A stretch of 64,000 nucleotides of DNA from an uncultured Gemmatimonadales bacterium (GTDB lineage: Bacteria; Gemmatimonadota; Gemmatimonadetes; Gemmatimonadales; GWC2-71-9): assembly GCA_963828735.1 (NCBI GenBank), contig CAWHFW010000005.1:288001-352000 (forward strand), written 5' to 3'. The notes beneath the pieces were generated by a model. That model was not told where the DNA came from. It did not search any database and saw only the letters and a program-made list of their open reading frames with translations. Positions within the stretch are counted from its first letter, which is position 1, and each line of letters starts with the position of its first letter. A program made the position numbers and the translations under genes. Positions 12,951 to 22,538 of this stretch are shown here, one piece after another.

Positions 12951-12998
12951 GGCGCAACTCCGGCAAAGGAGAAGGCGGCAAATGTAATGGGCTTTAGC

Positions 12999-13176
12999 GG
13001 AGATTACCTCCCCCGGTTACGGCTCCGCGTCGGTCCCGACAGGTTCCCGTGCCTCACACCCAGCCACGGGTCAGCCTGTCGCCACTCCCCCCGCAGGGCG
13101 AGCGGCCAGCCCTGTTTTGCCGATCAAGCCGGACGCCTGTAGTCCCACAACGGCGTCTCGGGCGCAGTAGCGCCCG
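12999..13176 (-). other. Candidate structured RNA element upstream of speA, family not recognised
   Basis: Consecutive hairpins at 13159-76, 13132-57, 13082-105 (cUGCGg loop on the minus strand) and 13037-81, with an enclosing stem 13013-23/13119-32. Confidence 0.4.
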
Positions 13177-13285
13177 TGCCACAGCGCGCGTTTCTGCGCC
13201 TCTGTGCAAGCCCTCGCATGACTACTAAGTCGTCATTCCGTAACCGGATGCGGGCGAGCATCCGGACGGGCGGGCGGCGGCCCGA

Positions 13286-13301
13286 GGGCACGATCCTCGC
13301 A
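13286..13301 (+). promoter_or_regulatory. Putative sigma54 (-24/-12) promoter
   Basis: GGGCACG-ATCC-TCGCA: GG and GC exactly 10 nt apart, about 70 nt upstream of ORF 13373. Confidence 0.45.
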
Positions 13302-13372
13302 TTTTTAGCCGTCGCTCAGCGTGACACCTTTCAATCCCAGTTCTTGCACTGATCTACGGAAGAGGGGGCACC

Positions 13373-14032
13373 ATGGCTGCGCCCAGTCTGATCGCCGCTC
13401 GCCGTTTCTCGCACTCGCTGCGTCTCCGCCTTCAGGTGCTGTTCGCGAAGGCGTTCGAGTCGCTCGCCGATACGTATCGCATCCAGGCCGTGGACTTCGT
13501 TCGCCGTCTGCGCGGGCGGATGACCGTGGAAGAGGCGCTCGAGCGGTACTTCCGCGAGGTCGGCGTGCCGCACGCGATGGAGCAGACGGTCAGGGCCCGG
13601 GCGCTGATCGCGCTCGCGCCGACCGCCCACGACTTCCCGGAGCCGGATACCCGCTCGAGCGGCGGCTGGGCGCAGCTCCGGCCCGACCAGCTGCTCGATA
13701 CGCTGCGCCGCAGGGCGCAGACGCAGGAAGAGACCAGCCTGGACTGTCGTATGGCGGCGTCCGTCTCCGACGAGGCGATCGCGGCGACCCACGTGGCCAT
13801 GGCCCTCGAGACGGTGGCCCTGCTGGAGGACGAAGTCAGCGCGGACGACGCCATCATGCACTACGTGCGCTACTTCAACCTTCCCTCGATCGAGGCCCAG
13901 ATCATCTTCCGCCGCACGCTGGCGGCCTGGGCGGAGCGGCACCCCGTCCGGGACCCGTCCGCGACCGTGTGCGCCACGCCGTCCCTGCCCTTCACGCCCC
14001 GGGTTCCGCTCAGCCTGCGCGTCGCCGGCTAA
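13373..14032 (+). CDS. Hypothetical helical protein with internal duplication
   Basis: Purine-rich SD-like GAGGGG upstream; GC3-biased codons; two similar helical units. Confidence 0.75.
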   Translation: MAAPSLIAARRFSHSLRLRLQVLFAKAFESLADTYRIQAVDFVRRLRGRMTVEEALERYFREVGVPHAMEQTVRARALIALAPTAHDFPEPDTRSSGGWAQLRPDQLLDTLRRRAQTQEETSLDCRMAASVSDEAIAATHVAMALETVALLEDEVSADDAIMHYVRYFNLPSIEAQIIFRRTLAAWAERHPVRDPSATVCATPSLPFTPRVPLSLRVAG

Positions 14033-14117
14033 GCACCCGGACGCACCGCAGCGACTCCGCGGGGTAATATCTTTCCGCTGGCGCCGGCAACCCCCGGCGC
14101 CAGCGGAGGAGCTTGTC

Positions 14118-15197
14118 ATGCGGTGGTCGTATACGATCGCACGAATCGCCGGCACGGACGTGAAGGTCCACGTGACCTTCCTACTGCTGCTGGGCTACAT
14201 CGCGTACGACGCGTGGTCCGTCGAGGGGCCAGCCGCCGCGGCGGCCTACACGTTGTTCTTCATCGCCTTCTTCCTCTGCATTCTCCTCCACGAGTTCGGG
14301 CACATCACGATGGCTAGGCGATTCGGCGTGCGCACACCGGACGTGATTCTCCTGCCCATTGGCGGCGTGGCGCGATTGGAGCGCATTCCAGAGGATCCGC
14401 GGCAGGAGCTCCTGGTGGCGCTCGCGGGACCGGCCGTCACGGTGGCCATCATCGTCGGGCTCCTCGTCGCCATCCTCGCTACAGGCGGGTCCCTGGTCCA
14501 CCCCGATCCGTTGGCCGAGAGCACCCCGTTCCTGGTGCGGCTCCTCGGCGTCAACGTCTACGTGCTGGGGTTCAATCTCCTGCCCGCCTTTCCGCTCGAC
14601 GGCGGGCGCGTGCTGCGGGCGTTGCTCGCGCGCCGCATGGGACTGGCGCGGGCCACGAGGATCGCCGGGGCGATCGGGCAAGTCTTCGCCGTGGGGTTGG
14701 GCGTGCTGGGGTTCGTCCAGAGTCAGCCGCTGTGGATGCTCGTCGCGTTCTTCATCTTCCTTGGCGCCGGCAGCGAGGCCAGCGCGGTGGCCACCCGCCT
14801 CGCCGGCCGGGGGCTCACCGTCTCCCACATGATGGTGACCGAGTTCCGGACCATTCCGGTGCATGCGTCGCTCCAGCAGGCCGTGGACCTGCTGCTGTCG
14901 GGCGAGCAGCGCGAGTTTCCAGTGGTGGACAACCTGGGCCGGACCGAAGGGCTGCTGACGCGAGACAACCTGATCCGCGGCCTGAGCCGCCTGGGACCTG
15001 CGGGCACCGTCAGCGAGGCGATGACCACGGACACCCCGACCGTGACGCCCACGCTCGGGTTTCAGGAGGCGCTCGACCGGCTCCGAGCCAGCGGGCTGCC
15101 CGCCCTGCCGGTCGTGGACGCCGGAGGGGCGCTCGTCGGGCTTCTGACCAAGGACAACATCACCGACCTGCTGCTGGTGCGGGGAGCCACACGGTAG
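14118..15197 (+). CDS. Site-2 protease (M50) with CBS domain pair
   Basis: HEFGH, NLLPAFPLDGGR, transmembrane helices, C-terminal CBS repeats. Confidence 0.93.
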   Translation: MRWSYTIARIAGTDVKVHVTFLLLLGYIAYDAWSVEGPAAAAAYTLFFIAFFLCILLHEFGHITMARRFGVRTPDVILLPIGGVARLERIPEDPRQELLVALAGPAVTVAIIVGLLVAILATGGSLVHPDPLAESTPFLVRLLGVNVYVLGFNLLPAFPLDGGRVLRALLARRMGLARATRIAGAIGQVFAVGLGVLGFVQSQPLWMLVAFFIFLGAGSEASAVATRLAGRGLTVSHMMVTEFRTIPVHASLQQAVDLLLSGEQREFPVVDNLGRTEGLLTRDNLIRGLSRLGPAGTVSEAMTTDTPTVTPTLGFQEALDRLRASGLPALPVVDAGGALVGLLTKDNITDLLLVRGATR

Positions 15198-15211
15198 GCT
15201 CCCGCCGTCGG

Positions 15212-17113
15212 TCAGCGGAGCCGGTTGTTGCCCCGCTCGACGTCCGGCAACACTGACCGGGGATCGACCAGCACGCCGGTGACCTTCTTGCCGCCGCGGA
15301 CGCGGTAGGCGAAGGCCGGACCCAGGTTCCACATCTCGACCGGCAGCCGCACCCGCTCCGTGGTCCCGTCCTCGTAGGTCAGGTCCATCTCCAACGGCAG
15401 GGTCATCGTACCCCGATTGGAGAGAAAGACCTTCTGCTGTTTCTCGACCATCGCTACCGAGTCCACCGCCTGATCGAGCCGGGCCGTCGAGTAAATCCAG
15501 TCGCGCCAGAAGAAGTCCAGATCCATCCCGGATGCGTCACGCATGGTGCGGAAAAAATCGGCGGGGGTGGGGTGCTTGAACGCCCATGCCCTCAGGTACC
15601 GCCGGAACGCGTCGTCGAAGCGCTCCTTGCCCAGGACCTCGTAGCGGAGGGTCTGCATCATCAACGCCGGCTTCTGGTACCCGGTCCAGAACAGGTCGTG
15701 GGACTCGACGGGCCGGCTGATGAGCGGCTCCTCCTTCCCCGGGATGGCGTGATCGGCGTACAGGTGGAGCGGGTGTACCTCGATGCTGTCACCGTACGGG
15801 GTGCCCTTGAAGTAGCGGGCCGCGTTGCCCAAATCGATGAACGTGTTGAAACCCTCATCCATCCAGGGGTAGAGCCGCTCGTTCGAGCCGACGATCATGG
15901 GAACCCACTGATGTCCCAGCTCGTGAGCCAGCACCCACTGCCGCTCTTCCCGGCTCGGCGAGCGCGGGCAGAAGGTGATCATCGGGTACTCCATCCCCTC
16001 GATCGGGCCCTCGATGCTGGTGATGTGCGCATAGGGGTACGGATACCACTGCTCGCTGTAGTATTGCACCGCATCGCGCACCATCCGGTTGGCTTCCTCC
16101 CACTCCGGCGCCGACGATCGGTAGAGCGTGTGAACCAGCGTGCGGCGATACGCGCTTGCGTCCCACCGGAAGTCCGGCGCCGCTCCAAAGGCGAAGTCCC
16201 GGACACTGTCCGCCGAGAACCGCCACGTGAGCGTCCCGGACGAGGTCGGTCGGGTACGCGCCGCGTCGCCGGCCTCGTCCGCGCTGATGATGGCGACAGG
16301 CGTCGCCGAGCTCCGGGCCTTGTCGAGGCGGGCACGCTGGGTGGCCGTCAGCACCTCGGCAGCATTGAGCAGCACGCCGGTCGCGCCCACGACGTAGGTC
16401 GCCGGCACCGTGAGGGCGACGTCGAAGCGCCCGTACTCGAGATAGAACTCGCCGCCACCGATGTAGGGCTCGTGGTTCCATCCGCGCACGTCGTCGTACA
16501 CCACGACGCGCGGGTACCACTGGCCGAGCTCGTAGAGGGTCCCATCGCGTCCCATGCGCCCCGCGCCGTAGTCGGGCACGGTGAACCGCCAGCCGATGTC
16601 GAGGTCGATGAACCGCCCCGGTGCGAGCGGCCGCGGCAGGTTCACCCGCATCGTGGTGCCGTAGACGACGGTGGGCACCTCGTGGAGCCCGAGGCGCACG
16701 TGCTCCAGGGTGAGTCCGCCCGCGAAGCTCTTGCACGAGAAATCGAAGATCGATCCGAGGAAGACCAGGGCGGGCTGATCGAGCTGATTGGTCACGCTGC
16801 CCGGCGCGCAGATGTTCTGCTCGAGAAACAGCCAGACGTAGGGCAGCGAATCCGGACTGTGATTGACGTAGTGGATCGTCTCGCGGCCGCGGAGCTCGTG
16901 CCGCTCGGGATCCAGGGTGGCCCGGATGCGATAGTCCACGCGTTGCTGCCAGTAGGCTCGCCCCGGCCGGCCGGAGCCCGTCCGCGCCTCGCTCGGCGCG
17001 GGGAGCACGAGGGGCCGGAAGGGGGAGCTGCCGACGGAATCGGAGGATTGCGCGCGGACGGGGCCCGCGAGCGCGAGGAGCAGGGTGGCCATGCACGCGG
17101 GGCGGCGAGACAT
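15212..17113 (-). CDS. Secreted M1 family metallopeptidase
   Basis: Signal peptide, GMEYP, HELGHQW followed by WMDEG. Confidence 0.9.
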   Translation of the reverse strand: MSRRPACMATLLLALAGPVRAQSSDSVGSSPFRPLVLPAPSEARTGSGRPGRAYWQQRVDYRIRATLDPERHELRGRETIHYVNHSPDSLPYVWLFLEQNICAPGSVTNQLDQPALVFLGSIFDFSCKSFAGGLTLEHVRLGLHEVPTVVYGTTMRVNLPRPLAPGRFIDLDIGWRFTVPDYGAGRMGRDGTLYELGQWYPRVVVYDDVRGWNHEPYIGGGEFYLEYGRFDVALTVPATYVVGATGVLLNAAEVLTATQRARLDKARSSATPVAIISADEAGDAARTRPTSSGTLTWRFSADSVRDFAFGAAPDFRWDASAYRRTLVHTLYRSSAPEWEEANRMVRDAVQYYSEQWYPYPYAHITSIEGPIEGMEYPMITFCPRSPSREERQWVLAHELGHQWVPMIVGSNERLYPWMDEGFNTFIDLGNAARYFKGTPYGDSIEVHPLHLYADHAIPGKEEPLISRPVESHDLFWTGYQKPALMMQTLRYEVLGKERFDDAFRRYLRAWAFKHPTPADFFRTMRDASGMDLDFFWRDWIYSTARLDQAVDSVAMVEKQQKVFLSNRGTMTLPLEMDLTYEDGTTERVRLPVEMWNLGPAFAYRVRGGKKVTGVLVDPRSVLPDVERGNNRLR

Positions 17114-17353
17114 TGCGTACTCCGACGGAGGCTGGGGTTGCGGGAAGTTACGCGCCCCGACCGGTGCGGGCGAGTCGCCTTTTGCGCGCGCTGCATGCGG
17201 TCGTCATACTTCACGTTGGGTGGCAGGGTGTAAAACGCCCAAGCCATGGGATGGCGCCGCCCGCCGCCGAGCCGAGCAGCGCCGCTCCGACCGCGAGCCC
17301 TGCCATGAGTTCGATCGACCTGACGGTTGCCAATCCAGGAAGGCCCTCCGACG

Positions 17354-18751
17354 ATGCCATCCCGTCCCACGGTGCTCGAGCGGTCCGTTCACCTTCCCTT
17401 TCCGGCCGACGAGGTGTTCAGGTGGCACGAGCGCCCTGGAGCGCTCGAGCGGCTCACGCCTCCATGGGAGCAGGTGGACGTGCTCGAGCGCTCCGGCGGC
17501 ATCGAGGACGGGGGTCGGGTCGTCGCGAAGATCGGGTGGCCGGTCGCGATCAGGTGGGTCGCGCGCCACCGCGACTACCAGCCCGGCCGCCAGTTCGCCG
17601 ACGAACAGGTGCAGGGCCCCTTCTCCCGCTGGGTGCATCTCCACCGCTTCGAGCCGGACGGTATAGGCTCGTGTGTGGTCACCGACCGTATCGAATACAC
17701 TCCGCCGCTGGGTGCTCTGGGCGCGGCGAGCGTGCCGGCGCTGGTCCAGCCACGGCTCGAGCGCCTCCTGGGCTATCGGCACGAAGTGCTTCGGCGAGAC
17801 CTCGAGACGCACGCCCGCTTCGCCGACCGGCCGCGGCTTCGCATCGCCGTCACGGGGGCCAGTGGGTTCATCGGCCGCGCCCTCGTGCCGTTCCTCACGA
17901 CAGGGGGGCACATCGTCGTTCGCATGGTGCGGAAGCGGCGGCCGGGCGAGAACGAGGCGTCGTGGGACTGGGGGCTCGGCCGCATCGATGCCGACCGTCT
18001 GGAGGGGCTGGACGCCGTGGTCCACCTGGCCGGCGAGAACGTGGGGGCCCGGTGGACGCCCGAACGGCGCCGGCGCATCCGCGACAGCCGCGGGATCGGC
18101 ACCCGGTTTCTGAGCGAGACCCTGGCACGCCTCGCGCTCCCGCCGCGGGCGCTCGTCTCGGCCTCGGCAGTGGGCATCTACGGGAACCGCGGGGACGAGC
18201 CCCTGACCGAGTCCAGTTCCACGCTCGCGCCGACCAAGGACTTTCTCAGCGACGTCAGCCGGGAGTGGGAGGCAGCCACCGAGCCGGCCCGCGCGGCGGG
18301 CATCCGGGTCGTGCTACCCCGCTTCGGCATGGTCCTGAGCCCGGCCGGGGGCGCGCTCGGTCGGATGCTACCGCCGTTCCGCCTGGGCCTCGGCGGCCCG
18401 TTCGGAAGCGGCCACCAGCAGGTGAGCTGGATCTCGATGGACGACCTGCTCGGCATCATCAACCACCTCCTGATGACCGAGTCGCTGGACGGGCCGGTCA
18501 ATGCGACCGCGCCGCACCCGGTGACCAACCTGGAATTCGCCAGGACGCTGGGGCAGGTGCTGGAGCGGCCCACGGTGGTACCGGTGCCCGCCGCCGCGCT
18601 GCGTCTGGCCTTCGGTGAGATGGCGGACGTGGCGCTGCTCTCGGGCGCCCGCGTGATGCCCGCCCGACTCGAGGCGTCCGGTTACCCTTTCCGCTACCCC
18701 GTTCTCGAGGGCGCGCTGCGCCACCTCCTGGGCCGGCTGCGTCCGACATGA
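17354..18751 (+). CDS. SRPBCC domain fused to a TIGR01777-family NAD-dependent epimerase
   Basis: N-terminal [12 protein letters not shown] (SRPBCC); TGASGFIG Rossmann motif; HLAGE; SWISMDD. Confidence 0.88.
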   Translation: MPSRPTVLERSVHLPFPADEVFRWHERPGALERLTPPWEQVDVLERSGGIEDGGRVVAKIGWPVAIRWVARHRDYQPGRQFADEQVQGPFSRWVHLHRFEPDGIGSCVVTDRIEYTPPLGALGAASVPALVQPRLERLLGYRHEVLRRDLETHARFADRPRLRIAVTGASGFIGRALVPFLTTGGHIVVRMVRKRRPGENEASWDWGLGRIDADRLEGLDAVVHLAGENVGARWTPERRRRIRDSRGIGTRFLSETLARLALPPRALVSASAVGIYGNRGDEPLTESSSTLAPTKDFLSDVSREWEAATEPARAAGIRVVLPRFGMVLSPAGGALGRMLPPFRLGLGGPFGSGHQQVSWISMDDLLGIINHLLMTESLDGPVNATAPHPVTNLEFARTLGQVLERPTVVPVPAAALRLAFGEMADVALLSGARVMPARLEASGYPFRYPVLEGALRHLLGRLRPT

Positions 18752-18783
18752 CAGCCCTCCGCCCCTCCCCTACTTTTCGCCCC

Positions 18784-19482
18784 ATGACGTCTCCCAAGGC
18801 CGTAGTCCTCCTGAGCGGCGGGATGGACTCCACGACCACCGCGGCCATCGCCCAGCGCGAGGGCTTCGACGTGCACGCCCTCAGCGTGCGCTACGGCCAG
18901 CGGCATGCGGTGGAGCTCGAGGCCGCGCGTCGGGTCGCCGAGCGGCTCGGCATTCGTCATCACGTCGTGATCGATCTCGACTTAGGTGCGTTCGGAGGCT
19001 CGGCTCTGACCGCCGACGTCCCGGTCCCGAAGGACACGCCGATGTCCGAGATCGGGAGCCGGATCCCGTCAACCTATGTTCCCGCCCGCAATACGATCTT
19101 CCTCGCCCTCGCGCTCGCCTGGTCCGAGACGCTGGGCGCCAGCGACATCTTCATCGGCGCCAACGCGCTCGACTACAGCGGCTATCCGGACTGCCGACCG
19201 GAGTATCTGGAGGCATTCGCGCGCATGGCGACCCTGGCGACCCGGGCGGGTGTCGAAGGCGCGCGCCTCACGATTCACACTCCGCTCCTCCGCCTCACCA
19301 AGGCCCAGATCGTGGCGCGGGGCCTCGAGCTGGGTCTCGACTACGGCATGACCAGCACCTGCTACGACCCCGCCGCTGACGGGGCCGCCTGCGGGCGATG
19401 CGAGGCATGCCTGCTCCGGCTCAAGGGCTTCGAGGAGGCCGGAGTCCCGGATCCCGCGAGGTACCAGGCCGCTCACGCATGA
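18784..19482 (+). CDS. queC: 7-cyano-7-deazaguanine synthase
   Basis: SGGMDS, YGQRH, TYVPARN, YPDCR, CY...CGRCEAC. An alternative coupled ATG exists at 18748. Confidence 0.96.
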   Translation: MTSPKAVVLLSGGMDSTTTAAIAQREGFDVHALSVRYGQRHAVELEAARRVAERLGIRHHVVIDLDLGAFGGSALTADVPVPKDTPMSEIGSRIPSTYVPARNTIFLALALAWSETLGASDIFIGANALDYSGYPDCRPEYLEAFARMATLATRAGVEGARLTIHTPLLRLTKAQIVARGLELGLDYGMTSTCYDPAADGAACGRCEACLLRLKGFEEAGVPDPARYQAAHA

Positions 19483-20117
19483 CGTACGCGGTGAAGGAGA
19501 TTTTCTACACTCTGCAGGGCGAGGGCGCGAACGCGGGGCGCCCGGCGGTGTTCTGCCGCTTCGCCGGGTGCAACCTGTGGACGGGCCGCGAGGCCGACCG
19601 CGCATCGGCCGTCTGCCAGTTCTGCGACACCGATTTCGTCGGGACCGACGGGCCGGGCGGCGGCAAGTTCGGGACGCCGGCGGCGCTCGCCGCGGCGGTG
19701 GCGGCAGCGTGGCCGCAGGGCGATCCCCTGGCCCGCCCGCTGGTCGTCTGCACGGGGGGCGAGCCGCTGCTCCAGCTCGACCCGCCGCTCGTCGGGGCGC
19801 TGCACGCAGCCGGCTTCGAGATCGCGGTGGAGACCAACGGGACCGTGGAGCCGCCGGCGGGCCTCGATTGGGTCTGCGTCAGCCCGAAGGCAGACGCGGC
19901 GCTCGTCGTGACGTCGGGCGACGAGCTCAAGCTGGTGTTCCCCCAGGAGGACGCGCCGCCCGAGCGCTTCACCGGGCTCGCCTTCCGGCACTTCTTCCTC
20001 CAGCCGATGGACGGCCCGGCGCGCGAGGCGAACACGCGCTCGGCCCTCGCCTATTGTCTCGCGCATCCGCGCTGGCGACTGAGCCTGCAGACGCATAAGC
20101 TTCTCGGCATTCCTTAA
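19479..20117 (+). CDS. queE: 7-carboxy-7-deazaguanine synthase (radical SAM, CX14CX2C type)
   Basis: [15 protein letters not shown]...[25 protein letters not shown]. Confidence 0.96.
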   Translation: MTYAVKEIFYTLQGEGANAGRPAVFCRFAGCNLWTGREADRASAVCQFCDTDFVGTDGPGGGKFGTPAALAAAVAAAWPQGDPLARPLVVCTGGEPLLQLDPPLVGALHAAGFEIAVETNGTVEPPAGLDWVCVSPKADAALVVTSGDELKLVFPQEDAPPERFTGLAFRHFFLQPMDGPAREANTRSALAYCLAHPRWRLSLQTHKLLGIP

Positions 20118-20127
20118 CCGGCCCTCC

Positions 20128-20745
20128 ATGCACGGATATTCCGACCGCATCAACCACGCGTTCGCGTTCGCGGCCAAGTACTACAACGTGCTCGCTCCTG
20201 CCGGTGCCGGGGTGGACTACCTCGCGCATCCCGCCAACGTCGCCGTCATCCTGTCCCGCTATGGGTGCGAGCAGGTGACCATCGTCGCGGGCATCCTGCA
20301 CCACGTGCTGGAGGAGAGCCCGCCGGACCAGTGGCCGGCCCTGGAGCACAAGATCGGCGAGAAGTTCGGCCCGGTCGTCCTGGCGGTGGCCAAGGACGCC
20401 ATCGAGCCCAAATACGACCGGCGCGGCACCGAGCGCGCGTGGCAGCCGTGCAAGCAGGAGTATCTGACCCAGCTCGCGATCGCGGAGCCCCGCGCGCTCG
20501 ACATTATCGTGGCCGACGAGCTGCACTCCTGCGGATCCACCATGACGGCGCTCCGGCGCCTGGGCGTGGAGTACCTCCGCACCGTGTCGCGGGCGGGCTC
20601 GGAGCAGACGATCTGGTGGTATCGCTCGCTCCTCGAGATCCTCACGGCGCGCTCGGACTGGCCACGGCGCGAGATGCTCTCGGAGCTGCGTCTCATGAGC
20701 GCCGAGATGGTGCGAAGCCTACGCCAAAGCGAGGAGGGGCTGTGA
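20128..20745 (+). CDS. HD-domain protein of RelA/SpoT hydrolase (SAH/Mesh1-like) type, with HD changed to HH
   Basis: AFAFAAKY, YLAHPANVA, AGILHHVLEE, KQEYL, VADELHS. Confidence 0.78.
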   Translation: MHGYSDRINHAFAFAAKYYNVLAPAGAGVDYLAHPANVAVILSRYGCEQVTIVAGILHHVLEESPPDQWPALEHKIGEKFGPVVLAVAKDAIEPKYDRRGTERAWQPCKQEYLTQLAIAEPRALDIIVADELHSCGSTMTALRRLGVEYLRTVSRAGSEQTIWWYRSLLEILTARSDWPRREMLSELRLMSAEMVRSLRQSEEGL

Positions 20746-22271
20746 GCGGATGTCGGGTGCGGGCGATCCTCGGGGGCATGCTGCTGGGCGCCGCCGCATG
20801 CGTCAGCGGCGCCGCGCCGAAGCCGGCGCCGCTCAATCCGGTCCGCTTCCTGCTCGTGAACGACGTGTACGTCGCCGACACCATGGCCGACGGCAGCGGC
20901 GGGCTGGCGCGCGTCGCCACCGTCCGCCAGCGCCTCGCCGACGAGGGGCCGATCGTCTTCGTGCTCGCGGGCGACGTCCTGAGTCCGAGCCTGTTGAGCA
21001 AATACTACTCCGGTCGCCAGATGGTCGAGGCGTTCAACGCCGCCAAGCTCGACTACGCCACCTTCGGGAATCACGAGTTCGAGCTGCCGCTCGATACGCT
21101 CGAGGCCCGAGTGGCCGAGTCCCACTTCAAGTGGATCTCCAGCAACTGCGGCAAGGCCGACGGCTCCCCGATCGCGAAGGTCCTGCCGTGGGACACGCTG
21201 CGGGTGTCGGGGCAGAAGGTCGGCCTGTTCGGCCTGACACTCATCGGCGCCTACCGGAAGGCCTACCGCTGCACCGACCCGGACAGCGCGGCGCACCTCG
21301 TGATCGACACGCTGGTGGCGCAGGGTGCCGAGCTGGTGGTGGGGATCACCCACCAGACGATCGAAGCCGACCGCAGCCTGCTGTCGCGCGAGTCGCGCCT
21401 GGATCTCATCCTGGGCGGGCATGAACACGAGTGGCACGACTCGGTGGTCTCCGGCCGTCACGTCGTCAAGGCCGACGCGAATTCCCGGACCGCCCAGTTC
21501 GTCACCCTCTGGGGCGGGAAGGGCGCATGGCGACAGGCAGTCGGACTGGTGAAGATGGACAACCGCCTGCCGGACGACACGACCGTGGCGGAGATCGTGG
21601 ACCGGTGGGACGACAGCCTGCGTGCACGGCTCGGCCCTGAGCGGGTGATCGCCGGGACGTCGGTGCCGATCGACGCCCGAGACGAGATCGGTCGCCAGCA
21701 GGAGTCGGTGCTCGGCGACCTGGTGACCGATGCGATGCGCGCGGGCACCGGCGCGGACGTGGCCGTGCTCAACGCGGGGACGCTCCGCCTGGACGACGTG
21801 ATCCGACCGGGCCCGCTCAGCAACTACCAGCTCGAGTCCATCTTCCTTTTCCCCGACGAGACTCGCGTGCTGACCGTTCCCCTCACCGGAGCGCGGCTCC
21901 GGGAACTGCTGGAGCATGGCGTGGCGGAGGGGTCGCTCGGCAAGGGCGCATTCCTGCAGGTCTCGGGTCTGGCGTTTGCGTTCGACCCGAGCGCGCAGTC
22001 GGGCCGGCGTGTGGTGGGTGAGGTCCGACGGCCGGCTGGGGGGATCATCAAGCCCGGTGACACCATCCGGGTGGCGATCCCGGTCTATCCCGCGTGTGAG
22101 GGGGGCGACGGGTACCAGGTTCCAGAGGCCGCGGGAGCGTGTGCGAGCCGGGACTCGGCTCCGCGTGCCGCGGATCTGCTCATGAAATACGTCGGGGATT
22201 CTCTGCGCGGCGTCGTTGTCGCACCGGATACCGGGCGGATCTCGCGGACCAAAAACACAAATCCCGGCTGA
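20742..22271 (+). CDS. Metallophosphoesterase / 5'-nucleotidase, probable lipoprotein
   Basis: LGAAAC lipobox-like segment; NDVY, AGD, GNHEF, GGHEH; C-terminal NAGTLR and LQVSG. Confidence 0.9.
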   Translation: MSGCRVRAILGGMLLGAAACVSGAAPKPAPLNPVRFLLVNDVYVADTMADGSGGLARVATVRQRLADEGPIVFVLAGDVLSPSLLSKYYSGRQMVEAFNAAKLDYATFGNHEFELPLDTLEARVAESHFKWISSNCGKADGSPIAKVLPWDTLRVSGQKVGLFGLTLIGAYRKAYRCTDPDSAAHLVIDTLVAQGAELVVGITHQTIEADRSLLSRESRLDLILGGHEHEWHDSVVSGRHVVKADANSRTAQFVTLWGGKGAWRQAVGLVKMDNRLPDDTTVAEIVDRWDDSLRARLGPERVIAGTSVPIDARDEIGRQQESVLGDLVTDAMRAGTGADVAVLNAGTLRLDDVIRPGPLSNYQLESIFLFPDETRVLTVPLTGARLRELLEHGVAEGSLGKGAFLQVSGLAFAFDPSAQSGRRVVGEVRRPAGGIIKPGDTIRVAIPVYPACEGGDGYQVPEAAGACASRDSAPRAADLLMKYVGDSLRGVVVAPDTGRISRTKNTNPG

Positions 22272-22538
22272 CATCGCCGGGACCGGTGGCCTTAGCGGTT
22301 TTTGGTCACCCAGGCCGCAAAGCCGAAATCCCCTGGGGCCCCGAAGGGCTATGCTTCTGTTGTCTGCGTAGTAGAGTAGTCGGGTCGCGCCACCGGTGCA
22401 AGTCGTTGTTACACAGCGTTACGGATGCTCTTTCGCCTCCTCGGCACCCCGTCGGCACGGGGGGGCCGGCGCTTGCGGGGGCCAAGGCGCCAAGGCCGTC
22501 CCGCTCCCCACAACTCCTGTCCGCGGGTATACTTGGGC

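Noticed and set aside
13012..13125. c-di-GMP-I riboswitch (GGCAAA...GACGC on the minus strand)
   Set aside because: The spacing and the downstream P3/tetraloop-receptor elements do not fit the consensus.
13128..13160. CGCCTGTAGTCCCA resembles the Alu/7SL 5' domain
   Set aside because: Only a short match; no SRP helix-8 motif, and the structure cues favour the opposite strand.
18784..20117. 7-deazaguanine DNA-modification (dpd) island
   Set aside because: No dpdA/tgt paralog or helicase genes are nearby; queF and the housekeeping context point to tRNA queuosine synthesis.
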